Below, piece by piece: positions 1-8,783 of a stretch of DNA of 51,973 nt (positions are counted from its first letter, which is position 1; each line of letters begins with the position of its first letter). The translations under genes and the position numbers were made by a program. The notes under the pieces were generated by a model. The model had not been told where the DNA came from and made no database searches. It saw only the letters and a program-made list of their open reading frames with translations. Origin of the DNA: Candidatus Micrarchaeota archaeon (GTDB taxonomy: Archaea > Micrarchaeota > Micrarchaeia > Micrarchaeales > CABMGC01); assembly GCA_021803245.1 (NCBI GenBank), contig JAJZLT010000019.1:1-51973 (forward strand). The letters are read 5' to 3'.

Positions 1-98
1 CTGCTTCATTCGGCATGGGCCGGCCGGGGGCATTCAGGGCCTGGTTAACCATGCACGGCGCAAAAAGGGAATGACTCCGCATGAACTATCGCCTTAAT

Positions 99-830
99 TC
101 AGCCTCCCAGCGCATTTCTTAGTATTGTTTTTAATATTATGTAGCCATCCCGGAATGTGCGGAGCTTCGCTTCTTCAGCGGACCTCTTCTTCTCGGTGCT
201 TGGCACTTCTATGGTCTTCAGGCCGAGCTTTGCAGCCTTTATGCTTATCTCTGCTTCTATGCCGAAGCCCCGCTCACTCAGATTCAGCCTTTGCAGTATC
301 TTCTTGTTGAAGCTCCTGTATCCATAGCATATGTCGCTGTAATGGGACTTGAAGAGCGAATTTACCAGGACCACAAAGACTTTGTTTCCAAATGCCCGGA
401 TTGCCGATATATCTTCTGAATTCCCGCCTGCAATGAATCTTGAGCCCATGCAGATATCATAACCTGATTTTATACTGCTGACAAGAAGCCCAAGCTCCCT
501 GGGCTCATGGGAAAGATCCGCATCCATGGATATCAGTATCTCGCCCCTTGCGCTCAGGAGCCCTTTTATCAGCGCGCTTCCTTTGCCTACATTGTCGTAG
601 AGTACTCTGGCTCCCATATTTTCTGCTATAACTGCAGTGTTGTCGGTAGAGTATCCGTCCACAACTATTACCTCGTACTTTTTGCCGGACATTATCCGCC
701 TTATTCCTGAGATAAGGTGAGGCATGTTCCTCTCTTCATTAAGCGAAGGTATGACTATTGATATTTCAGTACCGCTGACTTTGTTTCTGGTATTGCTTGC
801 CTCCATGAAGCGACGCCGTGATTTATTCAA
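99..830 (-). CDS. family 2 glycosyltransferase (dolichyl-phosphate sugar transferase-like)
   Basis: 243-aa ORF with GT-A hallmarks: IVIPSLNEE, VIVVDGYSTDNT and ISMDADLSH (DxD). The true start may be the internal Met at 806. Confidence 0.8.
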   Translation of the reverse strand: MNKSRRRFMEASNTRNKVSGTEISIVIPSLNEERNMPHLISGIRRIMSGKKYEVIVVDGYSTDNTAVIAENMGARVLYDNVGKGSALIKGLLSARGEILISMDADLSHEPRELGLLVSSIKSGYDICMGSRFIAGGNSEDISAIRAFGNKVFVVLVNSLFKSHYSDICYGYRSFNKKILQRLNLSERGFGIEAEISIKAAKLGLKTIEVPSTEKKRSAEEAKLRTFRDGYIILKTILRNALGG

Positions 831-851
831 TAATTTGTACAGTTTCGGTAT

Positions 852-1256
852 TTAAGATCTCCTCTTTCCCCTAAACCTTGCTGCTCTTGCATAATCCGAG
901 TCATCGAAGAAAAGGGCCACCGCTATAACGAAAATGGCTATGTCCCTCAAGACTATATCGCTAAAGCCAAGGTAGTAGGTTACTGAGAGTATTATCGAGA
1001 GCATTGTCAGCGCTGCGAGTGCAGATGTGAATCTCAGGTAGATCCCCAGCAATACGGCCGTTCCTATTATAATAAGGGCCGAACCATGAAACATCAGGAA
1101 GGTATCGGTAGCTATTATCGAAGAGACAAATGGCGGCACATACATCGCCCAGTAAGATGGCTGGATTACCTCCCATATGCCTATGCCTATGAATACTATG
1201 GCAAGGCTAAGCCTGGCCAGTATATGCCTTATCTTAGCATTTTCCGTCATATCCAC
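852..1256 (-). CDS. small 4-TM membrane protein, DoxX-like (tentative)
   Basis: 134-aa ORF with four hydrophobic segments. The N-terminal RLSLAIVFIGIGIWEV pattern resembles the DoxX family. This assignment is from memory only. Confidence 0.4.
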   Translation of the reverse strand: MDMTENAKIRHILARLSLAIVFIGIGIWEVIQPSYWAMYVPPFVSSIIATDTFLMFHGSALIIIGTAVLLGIYLRFTSALAALTMLSIILSVTYYLGFSDIVLRDIAIFVIAVALFFDDSDYARAARFRGKRRS

Positions 1257-1265
1257 CAGAATGCT

Positions 1266-1883
1266 TTAGGAGGTGGAGTTAGGTATGCTGAGTTTAGGAA
1301 GCGTAACTACATACCAAGTGCCTCTGAACGCATTGAGACCCTCCCCGTTTATCTGCCCCGCGGCTTTGTCGCCGCCAAAATAATAGAGCGGGCGCCCTTC
1401 GTAAGTGAGCTGCTTGCTGCCATCTGTTCTTGTTATTGTGCCGAATGAGGATGCATTGACGCCGCCTGGAAGGCTGGAGAAGGTAAGGTTGCCTGTAACA
1501 ATGTATGGCGGCCAGTATGTTACGCATGAGCCAGAGCATGCGCTGTTACCGCTGTATGGCTTATCTGCAGTGAATATGTAAAGAGACCAGCCGGTTGAAT
1601 TTGCAAGATAATTGCCGACATTTGAATTGTATTCCTCTGTGAAGCCGTATTTGGCTGCTCCGCTGCTTGTGTTGGTGCCGGTTATAGTGCTGGTTATGTT
1701 GGAAGCATAGCCACTTGAGGCAGTTGTAGTGACATAGCTGGAGGTGGTCTTTGCCGTAGAGGTTGCTGAAGCCGTTTTGCCATGGCCAGCAAGAAGGTAT
1801 GCGCCTATTGCGATTATTATTACTATTATTACAACTATCCCTATGATTCCGGCTGTTTTCATGCAATCGAATACCTTTTGCAC
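1266..1883 (-). CDS. secreted or membrane-anchored protein with two Yx(FWY)xxD repeats (COG4315 / Lipoprotein_15-like)
   Basis: N-terminal TM anchor (IIGIVVIIVIIIAIGAYLL), then a Ser/Thr-rich linker. Two repeat units contain YIFTAD and YYFGGD motifs plus CSGSCVTYWPP. Confidence 0.7.
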   Translation of the reverse strand: MQKVFDCMKTAGIIGIVVIIVIIIAIGAYLLAGHGKTASATSTAKTTSSYVTTTASSGYASNITSTITGTNTSSGAAKYGFTEEYNSNVGNYLANSTGWSLYIFTADKPYSGNSACSGSCVTYWPPYIVTGNLTFSSLPGGVNASSFGTITRTDGSKQLTYEGRPLYYFGGDKAAGQINGEGLNAFRGTWYVVTLPKLSIPNSTS

Positions 1884-1940
1884 GTTAGATTATTTAAGCT
1901 TTGGCTCGGGCAAGGAGCGCGGCACTGCATCATTGGCAGG

Positions 1941-2678
1941 CTAATGCGTTTTTATGAACTCATTTACCATATCAGAGACTTCCCTTGCATTGGTGAAATG
2001 CGGCGTGTGCCTTGCGCCATCTATAAGCCTGAGCCTGCTCCCGTTTATGTGCGACGCAAAAATATCGGCAAACTTCGGCTTTATTATTGAATCTTCCGCA
2101 CCCCATATTATAAGGGTAGGCGCAGTTATCTTGCGTAGATCGTCTGAGCTCAGCTGGTGTTCTGAAAATTCGTCATCAAGCATGCTTTTTATTACATAGG
2201 CGTGAGTGGTGAGAAGCTTTGCCTTTGAGAGTATATCTGCCTTGTAAGCTTCGCGGTCCTTTGTGCCTCTCGTCTCAGAGAAAAAGTTCTCAAGGCCTGC
2301 CGAATCTTCAAGAATCAGGCCGCTGAGGGGATGCCCCCTGACCGCATAAGAGGCACAGACCCAGCCGCCGTATGAGTGCCCGAAAAGGAAGGGCTTGCTT
2401 ACCTTCTCCTTCTCAGCCAGCATCTCAAGCACCTTTATTTGTATGTCAACGGTATAATTTATCCTAGGCGCATCTGAATCCCCATGGCCAAGCATGTCGA
2501 GCATATATATGCTTAGACCGGGATCGAGGAAGCTTACCAGCCTGTGCCAGCTTCTTGAACTTGCAGCAAGCCCGTGCACCAGCATAAGGCTTTTGGGTCC
2601 GGCACGGTGGGCGAAATATGCTGCCATGCCGTATTCCGTATCCAGCGTCATCTTGCTAAAATCCTTGTCGTAATCCAT
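1941..2678 (-). CDS. alpha/beta-fold hydrolase
   Basis: 245-aa ORF with oxyanion HGLAAS, nucleophile elbow GHSYGG and C-terminal IDGARHTPH (catalytic His region). Confidence 0.8.
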   Translation of the reverse strand: MDYDKDFSKMTLDTEYGMAAYFAHRAGPKSLMLVHGLAASSRSWHRLVSFLDPGLSIYMLDMLGHGDSDAPRINYTVDIQIKVLEMLAEKEKVSKPFLFGHSYGGWVCASYAVRGHPLSGLILEDSAGLENFFSETRGTKDREAYKADILSKAKLLTTHAYVIKSMLDDEFSEHQLSSDDLRKITAPTLIIWGAEDSIIKPKFADIFASHINGSRLRLIDGARHTPHFTNAREVSDMVNEFIKTH

Positions 2679-2753
2679 TCAAATAACCGGCGAATTAAAT
2701 TAATTATGCGGAATGCCAATAAATACATGACTGAAGCCCTGTCCCGCGAATGC

Positions 2754-3617
2754 TTACGCGTTCTGGCTTAAGACCGACCTTATAAGAAGCATGAAGTTGC
2801 CTGCTTCCCTGAGCCGCCTGTACGAGTATGACACCCATTCTCTTCCGAATGGTAGATAGATGAAAATTTTGTAGCCTTTGCTGGCGAGGGATTCTGCATA
2901 CCTGTTTCTTATGCCGTTCAGCATTGCGAAAGAGATATCTTTTTTGTACCTTTTTTCAAGCTTCATTGCCTCATTTATCATTTTGGTGTCGTGGGTTGCA
3001 ATGGTAAACTTCCCATATCCCTCAAAGAGCATCCGCATCAGCCTTGCGTAGTTTTTGGTTACCTCCGCCCTTGAAGTAAAGCCTGCTTCCGGCTCCGGCT
3101 TGTATGCCCCTTTGACAAGCCTCACCACCGCATTATATCTTGAAAGCGCTTTGATATCCTTTTCACTTCTTCTCAGATATGACTGTATGCAGATGCCGGT
3201 AGTGCGGCTCTTTACGCGCGTCTTGTAAAGCTTTATTGTGTCATCCACATATCTGCTCTCTTCCATGTCAAGCCAGACAAATATGCCCCTTTTCTTCGCC
3301 TCCCTTACTATCTCCGAATAATTCCTTTCAAGCAGCCCGTAGCTTATCAGCAGGCCAAGCTGAGTCGGCTTTACCGCTATCGAGCCCTTTATCCTGCTTT
3401 TAGCCATAAGGGCGATAAGTTCCTTGTATACCCTGACTGCTTCTTTCACCTTTTCCCTGTCATTGCTGCCGAAGGCTTCCCCAAGATAATTTATCATCGG
3501 CTCCATTCCGGCAGATTCGATTTTCCCGGCCCTCTCTATAGCATCCTTCAGCGTAGGCCCCGCAATCCATCTGCCTGCCAGCTCACGTTCTATGAAATCC
3601 CTTGCAGAGATACCCAT
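2754..3617 (-). CDS. proline dehydrogenase family protein
   Basis: The ORF resembles monofunctional PutA-like proline dehydrogenases (INYLGE, VKPTQLG, WLDMEES, VRLVKGAY, ATHD). Start placed at Met 3617 (MGISARDF). The longer track ORF to 3737 would overlap the divergent neighbour. Confidence 0.7.
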   Translation of the reverse strand: MGISARDFIERELAGRWIAGPTLKDAIERAGKIESAGMEPMINYLGEAFGSNDREKVKEAVRVYKELIALMAKSRIKGSIAVKPTQLGLLISYGLLERNYSEIVREAKKRGIFVWLDMEESRYVDDTIKLYKTRVKSRTTGICIQSYLRRSEKDIKALSRYNAVVRLVKGAYKPEPEAGFTSRAEVTKNYARLMRMLFEGYGKFTIATHDTKMINEAMKLEKRYKKDISFAMLNGIRNRYAESLASKGYKIFIYLPFGREWVSYSYRRLREAGNFMLLIRSVLSQNA

Positions 3618-3658
3618 AAAATTATATAGAAGCAATTTTTTAATAATCTGGTGCTTCC

Positions 3659-4207
3659 TTGAAGGTCTATTTTGTAACTTCCAACAAAGACAAGATACTT
3701 GAGGCAAAGAGCGTATTTGGCGATGATTTGGAGACATATGACTTGGATCTGGAAGAGATACAGTCGATGGATATCAAAAAAGTAGCGGAGAGCAAAGCGC
3801 TTGAAGCATACAGGATTGTTGGAAAGCCTCTTTTTGTCGAGGATACTGCTGCTTATCTTGAGTGCATGCACGGGTTCCCGGGCCCGTTTGTGAAATGGAT
3901 GCTAGCCACTGCAGGAACCGCAGGGATAGCGAAAATAGCAGACAGGCTGGGGAATGCACGCATTGTTGCCAGCGTGGCAGTGGCTTTTTACGATGGCAAA
4001 AAGATGAAGGCTTTCTCTGCGTCCTTGAAAGGAAGGGTGGCAAAAAAACCTGCTGGAAAGGAAGGCTTCGGCTTCGATTTCATCTTCATACCTGAAGGAT
4101 ACAGCAAAACTTTTGCGCAGCTTGGAAGAGAGGTAAAAAACAGAATAAGCCCAAGGTCTGCGGCACTGAGGAAGCTTAAAAGGCATCTAGAAAAACTAGA
4201 TACTTAA
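3659..4207 (+). CDS. rdgB: non-canonical purine NTP pyrophosphatase (HAM1/RdgB family)
   Basis: 182-aa ORF beginning (TTG) KVYFVTSNKDK; contains EDTAAYLE, GFPGPF and FGFDFIFIPEGYSKTFAQL, typical of ITPase. Confidence 0.8.
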   Translation: MKVYFVTSNKDKILEAKSVFGDDLETYDLDLEEIQSMDIKKVAESKALEAYRIVGKPLFVEDTAAYLECMHGFPGPFVKWMLATAGTAGIAKIADRLGNARIVASVAVAFYDGKKMKAFSASLKGRVAKKPAGKEGFGFDFIFIPEGYSKTFAQLGREVKNRISPRSAALRKLKRHLEKLDT

Positions 4208-5535
4208 TTCTTTAGGCCTATCTTCCTAATCGCCCTATCAGGATTGTCATAATACTCTTTGCAATATTCATTTATGCTCTGTAGATCGCGGAGTCCTTGC
4301 TTATTCAACTGCTCGAGTATTCTCCCACGCCTCTGCTCCTCTGCTATTATCTCTATGGGCGGCGTGCCTGTAAGCTTAGCCAGAAGGTCCCTGTACGTTA
4401 TGCTTGGAAGTATATCTGAGCCTTTGTGTGTCTTGTAATCATATGAATAGAGGTCCGAGAGCAAGACCTGTGTTTCTATTCCCGATATCTCTGATATCTG
4501 CGTCACCTTCCTCAGGTTCTTGCCGTTCTCCTGCACGTGTGATATCATTATCATTGCATCTATCAGCGGTATTATGTCTTTTTCTATATTCATCGGGGCG
4601 TGCTCCAGTCTTGTCACAACGTCCCTGGTAGTGCTCGCGTGTATCGTTCCCATGGAGATCTTGCCTATGTTCATGGCTGTCATCATATCCTTGGCTTCCT
4701 CGCCCCTTATCTCGCCTATTATCAGTATGTCTGGCCTCATTCTCAGCGCATTCTTTACCAGATCCCCTATTCCAACGTCAAGGCTGGTCTCAAGCCTGAC
4801 GCAGTTCTCCTGGGTTTCAGTGTTAAGTTCATAGGTCTCTTCTATAACTATGACCCGTTGCTCCGGCCTGAAGAAACTGAACATGGAATTCAGCATTGTG
4901 GTCTTCCCGCTGGCAGGCATCCCGCCTATAAGAAGATTCGCCGGCCTGACCTTCAGCCCCTCTGCGTAAAGCCAGAGCCTGCCGGCCATATTGTAGCTGA
5001 GCTCGCCCATATTTATCAGGTCTATTATGCTCATTGCGGTTTTCTTGAAATTTCTTATCGTAACATCTGCCCCCAGAGGCGATTCTATGATGTTTGCCCT
5101 TGAGCCGTTTGGCAGGTGTACGTCAAGTATATTCTTGTTGGCCGTAGTTGTAGTTGTGTACATTTTTAACTTCTTGACGAAAGTCTCCAGATCGTGCTTG
5201 TTTGATATCCTCTCTGCTACCTTCTCGTCTCCCACCCGCGAGTGGTATATGAAAATGTTCCGCGTGTTGTTAATCATTATATCCTCGACCTGCTCATCCG
5301 CGAGGTACTCGTCTATCGGTGCAAATTCTTTCGCGTCTTTTATTATCCTGCTTATGTCCTCTTTTGAAAGTGCGGGGTTTATCGACTTGGCCACCTCCTC
5401 TATATAACCAGGTATCTCGTTTTTTTCGATCGGGCCGCCCAATTTACCAAAGAGTGCATCGAAAACATTGTCTTCTAGTTTCCTGAAATCTTCGCTTTCC
5501 ATCTCAAAACCGGTAAACACTGAAGAGTAGAACAT
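4204..5535 (-). CDS. type II/IV secretion-system ATPase (FlaI/PilB/GspE-like)
   Basis: 443-aa ORF with Walker A GGMPASGKTT, Asp box VIVIEETYEL, Walker B DILIIGEIRGEEA and His box MGTIHAST. Confidence 0.85.
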   Translation of the reverse strand: MFYSSVFTGFEMESEDFRKLEDNVFDALFGKLGGPIEKNEIPGYIEEVAKSINPALSKEDISRIIKDAKEFAPIDEYLADEQVEDIMINNTRNIFIYHSRVGDEKVAERISNKHDLETFVKKLKMYTTTTTANKNILDVHLPNGSRANIIESPLGADVTIRNFKKTAMSIIDLINMGELSYNMAGRLWLYAEGLKVRPANLLIGGMPASGKTTMLNSMFSFFRPEQRVIVIEETYELNTETQENCVRLETSLDVGIGDLVKNALRMRPDILIIGEIRGEEAKDMMTAMNIGKISMGTIHASTTRDVVTRLEHAPMNIEKDIIPLIDAMIMISHVQENGKNLRKVTQISEISGIETQVLLSDLYSYDYKTHKGSDILPSITYRDLLAKLTGTPPIEIIAEEQRRGRILEQLNKQGLRDLQSINEYCKEYYDNPDRAIRKIGLKN

Positions 5536-5613
5536 AAATATTATTAAATCTTGGCAGGAGGGGTTTGCATATATTTGGGATTATCTATTTATGCTTTAGC
5601 ATCTTTACTTAAA

Positions 5614-7359
5614 ATGAATAGGATGGAGCTGCTGAAGTACGATATAATTATAATTGGTAGCGGAATAGCAGGTTTTAAGGCTGCAATACATGCATCACAG
5701 GCATCAAAAGATCTCAAAATTGCGGTGATATCGAAGCTCCATGCTATGAGAAGCCACTCCGTTTCTGCTGAAGGCGGAGTTTCTGCAGTTCTCTACGGAA
5801 AGGAAAAGAATGATTCATACGACTTGCACGCTTACGATACAATCAAAGGCTCCGATTATCTCGCAGATCAGGACGCAGTTGAGATACTTGTAAAGAATGC
5901 ACCGCAGGAGATAGCATTCTTTGACCACATAGGCGTCCCTTGGAATAGGGACGAGAAGGGAAGAGTCATGCAGCGGCCTTTCGGCGGCATGACCATACCG
6001 CGCACGGTCTTCGCTGCAGATGAAACAGGCTTCTTCATGATGCGCGCACTGTACGATGAAGCAAAAAGCCTCGGCAACGTAGATATTTTTCATGAGCATT
6101 TTGTGACCACGCTGCTAATGAAGGGCAGGGAGTTTTCTGGAGCCTATGCGATAAACCTTGCTGACGGAAGCGAAAAAGTATTCGAAGCAAAGGCATGCAT
6201 TATTGCAACAGGAGGCTTTGCAAGGATATATGGATTTACCACCACTGCCCATTCGAGCACAGGGGACGGGACTGCGCTTGCGTACAATGCTGGGGCTTCG
6301 CTGAAGGATATGGAGTTTGTTCAGTTCCATCCTACCGGCCTGGTGCCCAACGGCATACTCATAACAGAGGCTGCGAGGGGAGAGGGCGGCTATCTAAGGA
6401 ATTCTAAGGGAAGGCGATTCATGGAGGACTATGCAAAGGCAAAGATGGAGCTTGCCCCGAGGGACATAATATCCAGGGCAATAATAACTGAAATAGAAAA
6501 GGGCAACGGCATAAGGCGTGATGAGACGGACATGGAGCACGTGCAGCTTGACCTTACCCACCTTGATCCGGAAAAGCTGGACGAAAGGCTGCCAATGGTA
6601 AAGGACATAGCGATGAAGACTATTGGCGTAGATCCAGGAAAGGAGCCGCTTCCGGTAAGACCCGCGGCACACTTCACAATGGGCGGAATAAACTCTGATA
6701 ATGCGGGCCGCATTCTCGACGGAACAGAGAAGGCGATGAAGGGCCTCTGGGCTGCTGGTGAAGCGGGATGCGTGAGCGTTCATGGTGCAAACAGGCTTGG
6801 TAGCAACTCACTCAGTGAATGCGCAGTCTGGGGGCGAATAGCAGGAGAAGAAGCTGCCAGATATGCCAGGACGCAGAGGTTTGCAGATGAAAAAATCCTC
6901 TCTCCGTTAATTTCGGATGAAGAGAGAAGGCTCATGGGCATATTGGAAAAGAGCGGTGACGTAAATCCTTACGAGCTCAAGGAGCAGCTGAACAAAGTAA
7001 TGGACGCTTATTTTTATGTTTACAGGAGCACCGGCAAGATGAAAAAAGGCATAGCGCAGCTTGCAAAGATAAAGAAACAATTTCACAGCGTAAGGGTCGA
7101 GGATAAAGGGAGAATATACAATACCAATTTCAGGGATGTCCTTGAGCTGGGTAACATGATCTGCCTTGCAGATATAGTAGCGCAGTGCGCTGCAAACAGA
7201 AAGGAGAGCAGAGGTGCGCATGCGATGCTGGAATATACGAAAAGAGATGACAAGGAATGGCTAAAGCACACTATTGCATTTAAGTCGGGAGACAGTGCCA
7301 GGCTATCATATTCGCGGGTGAGGATAACCAGATGGAAGCCGCAGGAAAGGAAATATTAA
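5614..7359 (+). CDS. sdhA: succinate dehydrogenase/fumarate reductase flavoprotein subunit
   Basis: Dinucleotide fold YDIIIIGSGIAG, flavinylation region RSHSVSAEGG, HPTG and RGEGG motifs, C-terminal ESRGAH. Start placed at ATG 5614. The track ORF extension from TTG 5551 looks spurious. Confidence 0.9.
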   Translation: MNRMELLKYDIIIIGSGIAGFKAAIHASQASKDLKIAVISKLHAMRSHSVSAEGGVSAVLYGKEKNDSYDLHAYDTIKGSDYLADQDAVEILVKNAPQEIAFFDHIGVPWNRDEKGRVMQRPFGGMTIPRTVFAADETGFFMMRALYDEAKSLGNVDIFHEHFVTTLLMKGREFSGAYAINLADGSEKVFEAKACIIATGGFARIYGFTTTAHSSTGDGTALAYNAGASLKDMEFVQFHPTGLVPNGILITEAARGEGGYLRNSKGRRFMEDYAKAKMELAPRDIISRAIITEIEKGNGIRRDETDMEHVQLDLTHLDPEKLDERLPMVKDIAMKTIGVDPGKEPLPVRPAAHFTMGGINSDNAGRILDGTEKAMKGLWAAGEAGCVSVHGANRLGSNSLSECAVWGRIAGEEAARYARTQRFADEKILSPLISDEERRLMGILEKSGDVNPYELKEQLNKVMDAYFYVYRSTGKMKKGIAQLAKIKKQFHSVRVEDKGRIYNTNFRDVLELGNMICLADIVAQCAANRKESRGAHAMLEYTKRDDKEWLKHTIAFKSGDSARLSYSRVRITRWKPQERKY

Positions 7360-7367
7360 GTGGGCCG

Positions 7368-7781
7368 ATGGAAAATAAATTTGATCTTAGGGGAAGGCAA
7401 AGGAACATACTGAGGCTACTTGCTTTTGACAGTGAAGCCTTTATCCACATGGCTTTCTATAGGATAGCGGTCTTCGCTTCGTTTATAGCCGGACTTTTGG
7501 TTGCGCTAGGACTGCTTACCGGAATCGGCGCGATGGATACGGCTGCATTTGCAGCCATAGCTGTCATGTGGGTGCTTTTTACCCCGCAGCTTTTTGAGAC
7601 CTCAAAGGCCTTTTCCGTAATATTAAGCAGGGGCGCTGTCTTTGGAAAGCTTAACGAATCATTCTTAGGCGCATACGTGAAAGACAGATTCGCATATAAG
7701 GTATACTGGGCGGTTCCGTACCTGATAATGGTTCTCTGGGCGCTTGGTTTCGCATCATTCGTTTATCTGGTGGTTATATGA
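7368..7781 (+). CDS. small 3-TM membrane protein inside the sdh operon (candidate membrane anchor)
   Basis: 137 aa from ATG 7368, 8 nt after the sdhA stop. Three hydrophobic helices. Its stop overlaps the sdhB ATG (ATGA). I recognise no family. Confidence 0.5.
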   Translation: MENKFDLRGRQRNILRLLAFDSEAFIHMAFYRIAVFASFIAGLLVALGLLTGIGAMDTAAFAAIAVMWVLFTPQLFETSKAFSVILSRGAVFGKLNESFLGAYVKDRFAYKVYWAVPYLIMVLWALGFASFVYLVVI

Positions 7782-8782
7782 AGAAGGAGCATGCATCGAA
7801 CTACATTTTCCTCCTTTACGGATCAATAGCGGGAATACCTCTGCTGATGATACTTTATGTGATATTTAGGCTTATTGGAAACACTGCAGCAGCAGTTGTA
7901 GCCGAAGCGCTGCTTGTACCTGCATTTTTCGTTTTTGGGATAATCAGCTTTATAGAAGTCTTTGGCCATGAAGAGTCAGTTCCTGCTGCGGGCCTTTTGT
8001 TGAAAGCTGCAGGAGCGCAGCATCATGAAGGCGCTGGACACGGAAAGAGCGTATATCTGAATGTCAAGAAATTCAATCCTGCCAAAGGCCAGTTCGAACG
8101 GTTTAGTTATAAAGTAAGGATAACGAGATTTACAAGCGTACTTGATGCGCTGCTCACGGCAAAGGCAAAACACGATAACACGCTTTCACTCAGGTATAGC
8201 TGCAGGATGGGCACGTGCGGTTCGTGCGGCATGGTGGTAAACGGCAAGCCTGTGCTGGCATGCCAGACAAATGTGCTGGATTCCTCCAAGGATGGCGCAG
8301 TGGAGATAGGGCCTATGCAGGCTCATCCGCTGCTCAAGGACCTGGCAACCGATTTCGGCGAATTCTTCGAAGAGCACAAATCAGTTGACTCCACTCTGTA
8401 CAGGAGAAACAGAAATGAGAAATATGCAGCAAGAAAAGTATTTGACATGAACAGGGAAGAGATGGAGAAGTTCCTTCCCTATTCCTATTGCATAATGTGT
8501 GGCCTATGCCAGGATGCCTGCCCTGTCTCGAATTCGAACAGGGATTTTTTGGGCCCGCAGGCTCTGGCGCAGGTATACAGGTACCACGCAGACAAGCGTG
8601 ACCAGAAGGGAACTGAGAGGCTAGAGGAGGTTGACTCGCTCTCCGGAGCATGGGGCTGCGAATTTGCAGGAGCATGCTCAAAGGCATGCCCCAAAGGCGT
8701 GGATCCCGCTTCGGCTATACAACTGCTCAAATCAGAAATAATGAAAGCGAAAATGTCTGGAAAATTCAAGGAAGGTACTTAG
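7778..8782 (+). CDS. sdhB: succinate dehydrogenase iron-sulfur subunit with an N-terminal 2-TM extension
   Basis: Core has the 2Fe-2S motif CRMGTCGSCGMVVNGKPVLAC, 4Fe-4S CIMCGLCQDACP and 3Fe-4S CEFAGACSKACP. It is preceded in frame by about 88 aa with two hydrophobic helices. Confidence 0.85.
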   Translation: MKKEHASNYIFLLYGSIAGIPLLMILYVIFRLIGNTAAAVVAEALLVPAFFVFGIISFIEVFGHEESVPAAGLLLKAAGAQHHEGAGHGKSVYLNVKKFNPAKGQFERFSYKVRITRFTSVLDALLTAKAKHDNTLSLRYSCRMGTCGSCGMVVNGKPVLACQTNVLDSSKDGAVEIGPMQAHPLLKDLATDFGEFFEEHKSVDSTLYRRNRNEKYAARKVFDMNREEMEKFLPYSYCIMCGLCQDACPVSNSNRDFLGPQALAQVYRYHADKRDQKGTERLEEVDSLSGAWGCEFAGACSKACPKGVDPASAIQLLKSEIMKAKMSGKFKEGT

Positions 8783-8783
8783 C

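Noticed and set aside
1-98. Possible start of a minus-strand gene (ATG at 82, open to the window edge; MRSHSLFAPCMVNQALNAPGRPMPNEA..).
   Set aside because: Only 27 codons are visible and there is no recognisable motif, so it cannot be supported from this window.
5551-5613. TTG-initiated 21-aa extension of sdhA.
   Set aside because: The FAD-binding fold starts right after Met 5614, and the extension has no counterpart in SdhA proteins as I know them.
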